From Puccinia triticina (Eukaryota), in assembly GCA_026914245.1 (NCBI GenBank), contig CP110439.1, positions 1-64,000 on the forward strand: a stretch of 64,000 nucleotides of DNA, in the 5' to 3' direction. A program made the position numbers and the translations under genes. This document shows positions 35,220 through 47,097 of the stretch, piece by piece. Position 1 is the stretch's first letter, and every line of letters begins with the position of its first letter. The notes below the pieces were generated by a model that worked only from the letters and a program-made list of their open reading frames with translations, had not been told where the DNA came from and did not search any database.

Positions 35220-37366
35220 GGGTCTTGACAAAAAAAATTGGTGCACCAGCTGGAGAAGAGGATTCCCGGATGAATCCTTTGGCAAGAAGATCATTGACGT
35301 ACCGTTTAAGCTGTTTATTTTCCTGTTCACTCAAATGATACATACCAACAAATGGAGGTTTGGAATCTGGTTTAAGATTAATCTCACAATTGTACCCCTC
35401 TCAATGGGGCGGTAAGCAACTCAAAGCATCAGTCACAAAAACATCACTATATTGCTTGAGTTTAGAGGGTAGATCATGAATGGAGGATATTTCGGACAAC
35501 TTCAAAGATTGAGGAACAAGGAGACTTCTGGGGGATCCCCCTACAAAAAGATGATGTTTAGCAAGCCACGGGAAGCCTAGTATGATATCGGCTGAGGCTA
35601 ATTCAGTAACAAATAATAAAACTTGGAATTGAGAGGGGCTTTGGGGAAATGAGAAATCAAGACGCCCGTGCCAGCAAAAATATATAGTGCCGGACTTGGC
35701 CAAGGTTCCATCAAATCCTCGGCATTGAATTGGTTGCGTAAGTTTGGTCAGGCGAAATTGGTTCCTACGGGCAAATTTAAATTCAACAAAAGAAGCAGAG
35801 GCGCCGGTATCGAATAATACGGAAGCCTCTATGGGTTTAAGACCCGAGTGGATAATGGAAGCCTTTAAGATGGGTCGGGAGGAGGGGAAGGGGACAGTAA
35901 AGAAAGGATTTAAAGACTCACAAATAGCATCAGCATCCAATTCCATTTCATCAATAGCCTGTTCGAGGCAATAATCCGCCAGACTGAGAGGAGGGATGTG
36001 ATCCAATGTGATCCTGCTAGTAGAAGCGACAGAGGAGTTGGAAGTCAATCGAGAGGATTCTACGGCCGGGGCGGAAGAAACTCGACGAGTGTCAGAGGAG
36101 GGAATGGTCAAGGAAGGGGCTAGAGCCGGAGTAGTTCGATTGGTTTTGATTTGAGATACCGAATGTTTTTGAGAGGAAGACCATCGTCGAAAGAGGTCAA
36201 GTTTTTGTTTGATATCCATGTGTTTGCTGCTGGGAAGGGTGCAGCCGCAGAGCTTCTTGTGGGCTTCATCGAATTGTTGACCGCAACGTTGACAGACACC
36301 TCGTTGGACGCAGAGGCTCCGAAACTTGGGAAAAGTGAAAGTGTCATCTGAAGAGAACGAGTCAAGATCCATAGGCACAATGCCATTGGGTACACGAGCT
36401 GGAGGTGGTGGTGGGGGCGGAGGGTTTGGGCAAAATTGAGGGGGACAACAATGGATGGAAGGAAGTGAGTCAGAATCAATGGAGGAGATCTTGTCTTGAG
36501 CTTCGGCCACCGAGACGGCCAAGATTTGTTTTGCTTTGAGAGTTGTTGCGCTCTTCCAATTGTTACGCATGACCGCGATCTTCAAAACCTTTGGATTCAA
36601 GGCTTGTTCGTAGATGTCGCAGCGGGATTCTTCCGTCAAATCGACAGCGGAAGAGAGCGTTGAATTCCTCGATCGTTCGATTGCCTTGTTTGAAAGCAAA
36701 GAGACGTTTCTTCGCTTCCTCTCCGTCATGTTTGTTGTTGAATACCTCTTCGAGATGGGACAAAAAGGATTTGGCCGATGATAGAACGTCAAGGACATAG
36801 GGATCTTTGACCGACGCCGAATCTGTTGGAAGGTTTTGAGTACAAGCGTTTTCGAATAAGATCGCCATCCACCAATTGTAAGCTGGAAAGTTTTTGCCAG
36901 GGTTGCCGTTGGGGTGTCGAAAATGGCGGACAATCCAATTGATTTTTGATTTTTCGGAGGAGAAACAGTGGCCTTTTTCTTGCAACTTTTCACGGATGAA
37001 GTAGACAAACCGCTTCATCTCCTTAGTGTTGCCTGTGAACTGAGCATATTGGAGTTTGGGAACTTCTCCAGTTGGGCCGCAAGCCATTTCGATTAATTGA
37101 GCGGAGTTTTGTTGAATTGCAATTCTGTTGTTCTTGATAGAATGGAGGATGCCATTGATGGAGTGTTGGATTCGATTGACCTTGTTGTTGAAGTTGAGTT
37201 TAAGCTGAACAAAATCCGAATAAAGAGTCTTCATACTATTGATATCCTTGATGTCTTCAGCCAAACTGTCGAATGAATTCTTGATGCTCTTCAACTGATC
37301 AAAAAGTGTGTCGAGGTCGATGCAATGGTTGGAGTTGTTGATTTTGAGGGAAGAGAGTTGTTCCAA
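35220..37366 (-). pseudogene. Gypsy A gag, protease and start of RT
   Basis: Coiled-coil gag, FKQGNRTIEEFN, CQRCG, LFDTGASASF, DIILGFPWL, YSDVF..LPPH*, GFIRESSSPAGAPIFFVK; frameshift near 36650. Confidence 0.9.
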
Positions 37367-37490
37367 GAGATGTGCTACCTTAATTTCAAGTGGAGTTCAA
37401 GTGTCGATGGGACCAATAAAAGGAGAATCGGTAAGATGGCCGGTGGAAGACATGATGATACCGGCTAAAAAATTTCGGTGGCAAAATGAT

Positions 37491-40400
37491 TGTGAGCCTG
37501 AGGTATTAGGGTTTTTTGGGGAACCGGGGATAACGGAAAACTACAGACGAGCTACCAGAATTTCCGGACCTGTTTTCAAGGTCTAGTATCCTTTTACAGT
37601 GTAACTTTGAAGATTTACTCTTGCTGTTTCTTCAAGAACCTGGCCCCTTGGGGCCGCAAGTTGGGTTGCGGCGAAGCCGCGTTTCGCGGCGGAGCCGCCC
37701 ACTCAGTTGGAGCAGGAATTTTGCGGCGAAGCCGCCCACTCTGTTGGAGCAGCAATTTTGCGGCGAAGCCGCGGGGCGGGGTAGAGCTGATGCTCGGCCC
37801 CTTGAGGGCTGGTGCTCGAAGAAGCTTGGGGCTGAGCTGATGCTCTGGGTTCAGACGCCAATGCGCACAAACAAATTTTGATGGCTAGGAAGGCTTACGC
37901 TGATGCGCTGCAGCCTTAGCAGACCAGGGGCATTTTGTGGTGAAAAGAAGAGCCCTATTTAAGCTAATCAGAAAGTCCTCGCAGCTACTGTATCCCGGTC
38001 CTCCCACAGAATTGTAACATGGGGTCATCTCCGATGAAGTCATGCCACAATCAGCCCCAAGACTTCCAATCTGGGTAGTGACCGCGAGTCCGCTCATTTG
38101 TTCGCACTTAGTCACGGGCTGCCGATCCCAGCCCGGCGCTTTTCCCCAAAGGAAACACATGCACCACCTTATGCGGAATATCATTCACGAAGCGTCTGAC
38201 ACCACGTAGTTTCAACTGTCCCTAGCCAGAGAGCCAGGATGAGCCCATACATTAAAGACACAATTCTTCACCGGCGTGCTGGTGCATACAACAGCTTAGC
38301 AAATAAAATCCTGCTTGGCAAGCAGGTGCTGGGTAGCTGCTCTGTGGAAAGGTGTCCTCAACGGCGAGAACATCACCGAGGAGGAGGCTGCTCCGGCGAG
38401 CGGGTCTTTTCACTGCTTGCTGGGGAGGAATCTCTGTTGGAATCATCCCCGGCAAGCGGATCCCCACTTGCCCGGGAGGATTCCTCATGTCCGAGGACCT
38501 TGCACCTGCTTGCTGAGAAATCTTCCTCAACAAGCAGGTACAAGTCATGGGGGGAATGGAACAAATTCCATCCCGCCAAGTACAAAGGTGTACCCGTTTG
38601 GAAAGCCCCCCCAGAAAGCAGTTACCATTTTTAACTGCTTGGAGGAATCTTCTTTGGAATCATGCGCCAGCGGAACAATCCCCAAGTAATATGTACATGT
38701 ACCCGCTTGCCCAAGATGATTCCCAGACCTTGGCAAGCAGGTGTAATTTTTATGACCAAGAGGAAGCCTTCCGGGCAAGCAGGGGAATCCATCACAAGGT
38801 CCTGCAACATTTCACGTCAAAGGTATCAACAGGTTTGAAGCAAGGAAAAGACACACAAAAATGATGAGCCCGGTATATTTTCCCACTGTCAATAAAGGCC
38901 AGAAATATTACCTTTGTCTGCTACTGTTACACTGACAAGGTATCACTAGCTTCACAGACATGAAAACAATCAACAGAGCGGCCTATGACACTTACTGGAA
39001 AACAGCAGAGGTCCTCAGACTTGCATTGCTGCCAATGCTGGCACAAAACCGCAGGCTGGCAGACGGGCAAAGCCCTACATCATTTTTTCTGCATCCTACT
39101 TATCCACAGCCCACTCTCAAACCCTCAAGAATTGTTCAACCACATTGCTGTTGTGCTCTTGGATGACCTGCTGCACCAACTCCAAACGGTCTACCAGGTC
39201 AAAAACCCCTCAGATCAACTTCACATCTTGCTCTGCTACTACCTACTGGCAAGGAAGCCTCAGAAGAGTGGAAAAACTCTTGCCGGTTGGACTCCATACC
39301 CCCGCTTCTGGGGAGGGGCAATTATTGAAAACACTATGCATGAAGAAGATCTCCAGTAAGGGGAGTGTGCAGACCTATTCCAAAAAATGTGACAAACCCT
39401 GAACCACAAAAAATGGATCATTGTTGACTTAGCTGTGCATTTGGCGGAAGCAAATGCTGCCAGCATGCTATATGTGGATGAGCCCGGTGGGTGTGGCAAA
39501 ACCTACACAATGAATACTGTTATCCATTCCCTGAAAGCCATGCACATCCCTGCAGTAGTGGTTTCATCCTCAGATGCTGCTTCCCTAATGTCAGTCAATG
39601 GTGCCACTGCCCACTCCCGGCTCAAATTTCCAATAGAAATCCACTCAACCAGCACCTTCATGTTTGCCCTTTGGTCTCAATGCGCTGAGGTATTGAAAGA
39701 GGCAGGTGTGATCATATGAGACAAGGTTTCAATGCAACATGACATGCTGTTGAGGTGGTTGAAGACCGCTTTCTTCAAGATCTTATGCAAGACGGCCAAC
39801 CTTTTGGTGGCAAGTTAGTCATATTTGGGAGGGGGGGATTTCCAACAGACACTCTTGGTTGTGCGCAACAGGACTATCTTTGACCTGGAGGCAGCCTTCA
39901 TGATCACCTCATCTCTATGGGCCCATGTTATCAAGTTCTCCTTGACCAAGAACTTGAGGCTGAGTGGTGGTTCAGACTCTGCACTGACAGAGCTGAATGC
40001 TTCATTCTACCGCTGGCTACTGACAATTGGAAACAGTACCAGGCAGCACAAATATCATACCCCCCAGACACTTGACTTTGGAGACGTATATGCAAGCCTG
40101 ACTGAGACAGCTGTTCCCAATCATTTTATAACCACCATGTACCCCAGTTCACCTCTGCACTCCTGAGATTGAGCCACCAACATCAAATACTATGGCTCAC
40201 GTGTGATTTTGGTGTTGCTCAACCATCAATGATGTTTGTTCACGGTGCCTGCCCGGGAGATTTGTTGAATTCCTCACAATTGACGCCATGGCCACCAATA
40301 TGAATGGGATCAATGAAGAGGAAGCAGTGACAGAAGAAGTCCCCCACATCACCAGGAAAAAACAATGATCACTTGCCTACAAGTGACATGAAATAGTAAA

Positions 40401-41491
40401 AAGGCCCCTTTGCACTTTGCTGTGTCACCTGCAGACAAGTGATCATTAATTTTTCCTGGTGTATGTTCTTGATCCGCGGCCTGCCAGAATCAACCCTCCA
40501 AATCAAGTTTGCCATACTCATAATCCTGCTCCACAACCTTGACCTGGGAGCGGGACCAGACTATTGATAGATGAGATTGCCCCCGGTGGGTTCAAGTGCA
40601 GCATACTTACCAGATTGCATGTCAGCTCTATGTGCACCATCCCCAAGATCAAACTTATCCACAAAGCTAATGCCTCTAATGGTGTATTGTTCAGTTGGTT
40701 CCAATTCCTGGTTGCAATAGCATTTGCGCTCACAATCAACAAGTCCCAGGGCCAATCACTTGCGCAAAGGTCATGGTGTACCTCCCATACTCTGTTTTCA
40801 GCCATGGCCAACTGTACGTTGCCCTCTCCCAGGTAACATCCATCATGGCTCTCTCAATAGGGATTGTCACACAGCCAACACAGCCCAATTCCAAAATCAA
40901 TGTTTTTAACCTTGATGTGATCAGGAGGCGCACAACTCACCCAGCACAAGCTTGAGTGAACCAGAGATCAGGATTCTTTGCACATGCATATACAATATGG
41001 GCCTTCAATGCTATGTTATATGATTTATTTCTTTGGGGGCCCAAGACCTGGAGCCGAATTGACCCCAGTTGCTCTCATCCATACCCTCACCCCTTTTCCT
41101 ATCACTGATCGCGCGGCGTTTGCGCCGCGTTTTCCCCTAGTGTTTTAGTAATAGGCTTTGCGCGGGAGCAAGGTGGTTTGATTTGTAAATGAGATTGATT
41201 TCAAGTTTTGAAGAAGGCAATGATACAAAGATTTTGCCACGAGGAAAGGAGCTTCCTGGTGGCTACAAGGACTTATTTATAATCTAACAACCAGCGAGGA
41301 AATTTCCAGAAATGACTACGAAGCAAGGATGATCATGAAAAACAGAAAGGAAAAGAAAAGTAAGGAAACTTCCGCGAACAAGAGCGGCATGTTTCTCGAA
41401 TGTTCATTATCAAGAATGTCTTCAATGATCCTGGGAAACTTAAACAGAATAAACTTCAGTCATCTGTAACTTCAGTCATCTGTTTGTTACA
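37491..41491 (-). repeat. 5' LTR of Gypsy A, split by a Helitron (37491-37613 plus 41141-41491)
   Basis: The two pieces join exactly (GAAGA|TGTTTT) to match 4664-5124; small tandem duplication near 41452-41484. Confidence 0.95.
37614..41140 (+). mobile_element. Decayed, internally deleted Helitron
   Basis: Inserted between A and T with no TSD; 3' hairpin CGCGGCG-TTTG-CGCCGCG (41112-41129) then CTAG; Pif1-type helicase remnants PGGCGKT, TAHSRLKFP, GGDFQQTL, AFALTINKSQGQSL, FSHGQLYVALS. Confidence 0.93.
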
Positions 41492-41988
41492 GATGACCTG
41501 TGACGACCGCGTCTTGCAGCTATGTATGACGTACTTTGAATGCAAACGGCAGATCGATGCGGACAACTAACTTGAAAGGTGCCCGATAGTAATTTTTAAT
41601 AGCTCATGTTTAAAGGCTTTGAATTTGTCAACTTGGCCAGCCAAATGCTCAACTCTCGACCCTCAGTTCAGTGATGCTTAATAAAAGCTGTTGCATCATG
41701 CATGTATGCAGCATAGAACGTTTAGGAACCAGGAAGCGGGAAGATCCACCGGAATACTCTTGACGTTAGCCCTGCTGCACAATTCCCTCCGCTAGTTCGT
41801 CACCTCTTGAGGTTCAAACCCCTTCTACTCTTCCGGCGTTGAGTTTTTTTGCTGAATCCCTACACGCTTGAGAGCGCTCGTTTTCTGGCCCTTCCGCTCC
41901 CAACCTCAACCTTCAATTCTTGCTTCAAGGACCGAACTTGGTATTTTAGACTTCGTTCTTCACATCACAGTCAACGAGCCGCACTATC

Positions 41989-43045
41989 ATGGCTTCTTTC
42001 GCTCGATCAGTCATCACATTACTCGGGTTGTTTGCTTTCTTCTTCAGTTCTATTTCGGCCCATGTTTTCGTTAAACAGTGGAAAACTACCTCTTCTCTAG
42101 ACTGGCAGCCGGGTCAAAAGGAATGGAAATTAGAAAACACAGCATATCGCCGAGCCTCGGACAGCATCGGATGGGTTGGCAGCAAGTTTCTCACTACCAA
42201 CAAGGCCATCGTTTGCGGCGCCTCTCATACACCGAAGGGCCAAGTGGCTCCATCCGGTGGCAAATTCTTCTCAGATGCCGATGAATCAGCTGGTAAGACG
42301 TTGAAAGTTCGTGCTGGGGGGAAGGTATCTTTAGTTCTTCAGGGCGATACTGGTCGTGGGTAAGAGCTTTCCATGTTTTGAAAATACAAGTTTGAAGCTA
42401 CAGCTTTTCATGGTATTGGTTGTTTCGCTTGTGGTGTTCAAGATACCCTCACCATCACGGTCATCTCCAGGCGTATCTTGGGAAATGCGGCTCATCTCCA
42501 ACAGCATGTCAATCTTTCGATGCCTCGACTGCGTCTTACTTCAAGATCCAAGAAAACAAAGATGGTGTGACACAGTTGCACAGGCAGTATTCTTCCCAGC
42601 TCGGCGGTGATGTTTGGGAGGTCCCGATCCCTAAGGACATTGCCTCAGGCAGCTACATCTTTCGATTCGAGATGTAAGCTTTGTTATAGACCTGCTGTTG
42701 TTTTTATCTGCCGCAAACCTGGAACTCTGTGGATAACATTTTATACCGGGTCGTGATAGAATCACCTGGGGCGAATCGGTCGAAAGCGAAGGCTATCAGG
42801 ACCAGTATTACCCGTCTTGTGGTCAACTGTATGTCGAATCCGACCATCAGGCTTCGCCAAGCAACATACCCTCAATCAAACTTCCGGAGGGTTATCACAA
42901 CGGAAACTTGGGACCTTTATCAGTTTTACCAGGTCCCGCCATGTACTCGGAATCGCGTCGGCGAAGATCAATGCACCCACCCTCGAGATCGCATCGCCGA
43001 AAGTCATTTCACTCCCCCTCGAAGTCGCGAGATGGAAACATTTGA
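41989..43045 (+). CDS. Secreted AA9 (GH61)-like lytic polysaccharide monooxygenase, 3 exons
   Basis: Signal peptide ending ISA|H (N-terminal His), HHHGH..AYLGKC, YFKI, IPKDIASGSYIFRFEI, DQYYPSCGQLYV, LPGPAMY; basic C-terminal tail. Confidence 0.85.
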
Positions 43046-44294
43046 AGCTGCAATTCCATCTGCGATGGCTGTCGGCACTGCACTTTTTATTTTGGTTTTC
43101 TTAACTCATGCCTCCCCCCCTTCTTGAACATTCTTATTCATATTCAAGGAGGAATCACTCTGCTCGGGAAATCCTTCTGCTAGATAATCCATGATACTTT
43201 TTTGATTTTGATTTTCCTCCCTGCGGGAACCTATCTCTGGATTCTGAAGATATTCTTAGAAAAATTGACTCAGCTGCTTTTTATTGTTCACAATATCAGT
43301 ATTCTCGCCAGTTAATTTTGTTTATAGCAAATGAAGGATCACTTCTCCTCCCCGTACTCACTTCGTTACACATTACGTAGCCGCTCCCTTTTGTGATGGA
43401 CCACCCAGAGTTGTCGGGTGATCATCACGGGAACCGTCTTGATACATTCAACACATGTTGTAGTATTGAGTCTGCGCTGGGTATCAATTCCGTGTGAAGC
43501 GCGCAGGTTGGTAGTGTATTCAGGTGGCCTTCGAATTTGATCGTCCCACCAATCCATGAACCGGGCAATGTCGACTCGAGACCACATTTTCATTCATGTC
43601 GGCCGAGTGTAGGAGGTTTGTGATCTACCGAGTGATCCCGGAGGCAGACCTTTGATGGATGATTGGCTGATCATGGCCGGGGCACTGCGAGGAGATGATG
43701 ATAATTTCAGAGACATCAGTTTACAAGAGGAAAGAAAGCGAGGAGGGTTTACTGTACTCGTACATGACCGGCTGATTGCATCAAGCGGGACGAACTGGAT
43801 TTACAAATCAGCGCGAGCAATAGTGGCCGACGGTGCGACTGGGCCAGCTGAGTACTAATGAGGTCGGCACATCGGCCGATGGGCTGGAGCCATCTGACAT
43901 GTCTCTTGGACATTTGCATATTTGCAGCGGTTTTTCAATAATGCTCACCGGCTCATATCTTTCACCCAGCACCTGAACCAAGTGGAATCCATCATGGCGG
44001 AAGGCGGTCAAAACATGCCAGTTGACGGAAAGGATAATTGGGATTCACGGCAAACATCCCGCGCAATGGTAAGTACTAAGCTGAAAAATCAACCTTAGGC
44101 GTCATCAAGGTTAGATGAAAACGACAAACCCAGCCACCAATTCTGAATGTCAAGCTATAAAATGTCCTCCAAAGTCCCATCTATGGATGTTTCCCTACCC
44201 ATTGACGAGCGACATCACCTCAAAACCGTCTCACAAGTCGAAAAGCCAGATCAACCTTGGCTCCGTCGAGGAAATCAAGCCGTCCTTTCCAGCA

Positions 44295-45273
44295 ATGGTT
44301 CAAAACAGGTATCTGATGGGGCTTAACTACAGCCTTCCGCTTATAGTCGTTGTCCTCCTCGGCGTAATCTCACCATTTCGTTCCGCGGACGCTTACCTTA
44401 TTACCTCACCAGCGACAAATGACTTTTGGTAGTTGAGCATCCAAATATAAGTTATATTTTTCAATCAGTCCTGAAACTAAGAGAATGACTCTTTACTAGC
44501 ATGGGGAACAAGAAGTCATTGACATGGTCAAGCGTCAATTCTGATCCCGCGACTTTCTCCGTTGCAATAACGAACCAGGATCCCAGGTAAGTCACCGCTG
44601 AGCTCGACGTTCACTACTCTGGTGGAACTGTGTCTAAAATCCTTACTTGCTTCAGTACATACCCCACTGCACTGAGCACCCTCGTCGTGAAAGGCTTACC
44701 AAAAAGATTGGGCAGATACGATATACCTCCTTCGGCCATTAAAGGACTCAAGGAAGGCAGTGGTTACCAAATCAACATAATGAGTCCAGTCAGTAAATCG
44801 ATTTCCTGGAATTAGATCGAGCACTTATCCGATCGTCATGGCTGAAGCATCCTCTCTACAATTCTTTTGCATGACAGGAAGGTGGAGCTATCCTAGCTCA
44901 AAGTCCTACTTTCACAATTTCCCGCGAGGATGATGAGTCTGGCGACGGCGGGGCAGATGATGACGAGGCCCAGGTATTGAACTATGCGGATCATCAGGAG
45001 GAAGCCCGGACTACGACCATTCACCATCACCACGGTGCCCTCAAGGCAAATAAGGGGAAAGACAACATGTATAGATATCGAAGACTCGGGAAGACTCATC
45101 CGAAAAGTCACAGACACAATCAAGCGAGGCCTTACCGCTCCCGCCAAAGGTTCCAGAAAGCCAAGGCCAAATCAAACACCCTTTACAATTCAATCCCAAG
45201 GTTTGATCACTCTAGAGGCGCTTGTTCGCGCAGCCCACGCAACCCTCGGGTTGCAAAGGTCGTAAGAATTTGA
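44295..45273 (+). CDS. Secreted Kre9/KNH-like (PF10342-type N-terminal domain) protein, 4 exons
   Basis: Signal peptide, YLITSP..W, LTWSSVNSDP.TF...N, GSGYQINI, ILAQSPTFTI; then acidic and His/Arg/Lys-rich tail; start may be 44316. Confidence 0.75.
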
Positions 45274-45641
45274 GCTAATCCTCAGCTTAAGCTCAAAATG
45301 CTCTTCTTGTTTATTCCTCAATCGCTTATGTAATAGCTTCAATCTTTGTAACTGTTTTAATTCCGTCAACCCTCCTCGATGCTCAATGCATATAGTGCTG
45401 TGATTGTGATCCAAAGAAAGCTTCCGGCGGGCCCGATTTCGGAAGCCAAACACTCTCGCACTTGGTCTAGTTTATTTTGCTTGATACAAAAGTATGCAAG
45501 TTCACAACAATTACGAGGGTACTGCAGAATAGAGCAACGCCTTGGTGCTCCGGGCTGAAAGTCTTTGCTTGAAATTTGGAATCACGAAATGATTTACTTT
45601 GATCCCGAAAGACAAGCCAGGGCTAAACGACTATACAAATC

Positions 45642-45780
45642 CTAACTTAACTAAGTCCCTCTGTTTGGGGAGGGGGGACGCTGTCCCGCAGGGATCCTCT
45701 GATGCCTCCCTTTCGCGGGAGGGGCGCTTCGCCCCAGGCTGCACCAGGCCCTCCGAAAAGAGGGACTCGTGTTAAGTTAG
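45642..45780. mobile_element. Mutator-type MITE (139 bp)
   Basis: TIR CTAACTTAAC..GTCCCTC / GAGGGAC..GTTAAGTTAG; 9-bp TSD ATACAAATC. Confidence 0.9.
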
Positions 45781-47097
45781 ATACAAATCAGGGTCTCAGA
45801 GTCATTGCATATGCAATTTTTGAGGTGGAGATATGATACATAAGACTCTGCTTGTTAAAGGGGGCTAATCTTTTGTAAATAAACTTATGATGTTTTACTT
45901 ACAAAAGTCTAAAAAATGATGTTTCATAATTGTGTAATTGTACAATGCTTTTAAGAGCATTTGCATTTGTTGGGTTAAGTTGACAATTTTGGGGAACTGA
46001 ACCCGGCCGGCAATCACATTGCTTTGGGCTAAACCCAGGTCAACAAACCTCAGGGTGGATTTCAGGTTTAGGCTTGCTAAATTTAGCTAGCCTAAACCTG
46101 AAATTTAGCCTGAGGCTACGGAATTTCTGACATCAGTTAGCCTCAATTTGACCCGACAAATGTGTCTGCCCACTCAAAATAGCCTTGGTCAGCTAACCTT
46201 CCCACAAACCTGGGCTCACTTGACCTGGGAATTAAGCAAAAAAATTGAATGCTCTTATAACAGGGCCTTACTAAAAATATGTGGTTTTCTGGGGCCCCCA
46301 GACTGTGCAGCGCAGCCTGTTTCCTGCATTTACACACCTTTTTTTATATAATTTTTCCCGGCTTAGTTTCAAGCTTTTTTTGATTTTTTTCCCTACCCCT
46401 TGAAGAGTTTAGAATTTAACTAGAGGACAAGGCGGCTTTGCCGCTGTAGGGGGAAGGGGGCAGTAGGCCATCCCCAACTTTCTCTCTCCTCTCCCCAGTT
46501 CAAATCAAATGTATATGCACTGGCCAGCTCCCCACATTGAAGAGAGAATGTGCCTGGGCGAAAGGGTGTGGGGCAGGAAAAGGTAAGATTCTGACAACAC
46601 CTATCACTGAATACAGATGATGAAGGAAGACATTTGAAGATAAGAGAGGACTGGTTAGGGCCAAAGAAAGACCTGGGAAAGACATTTTCTAGAACCCAAG
46701 ATCAATTTTATTACTAGCCAATTAGAAGAATCAATAGTCTCTTCTGCTTTACAATTGAGGAGAATATGAAAATGAGGAACTCAAGAGGAACAGAAGAATC
46801 ATGAGAGAGAAAAAAGAAAAAGGCTTGCCTAGCTCAGTAGAAGTATGAGCTACAAAGGAGCCAGGGGCCCTAGGACTAAGAGCATCTCCACCGCGCGGGA
46901 ATATCTGAGGGACTAAATCCCCAACTCGCGCAACTGCGGTGCAGTTATAGTCCCCCGCCCAAAATTGTTTTCACACCGCAAGGTCCTAGAATTAGGACCT
47001 GGATCTTGTGAAAGGCTGTACCCCCAATGCCCCCTACTCAACAATCCCAGGAACCAAACGTATAGCAAGCCACACGGAACAGAAACACAAAATCAGC

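Larger units (their letters stand above)
4664..41491 (-). mobile_element. Gypsy/Ty3 LTR retrotransposon A (about 5.9 kb when empty), expanded to 36.8 kb by nested insertions
   Basis: Matching LTRs at 4664-5124 and 37491-41491 (the latter split by a Helitron); 5-bp TSD GATGA at 4659-4663 and 41492-41496; the RT frame continues across the nested inserts. Confidence 0.95.

Noticed and set aside
43366..44090. Possible minus-strand gene remnant between the two secreted genes
   Set aside because: Only short stop-interrupted frames; no recognisable domain.
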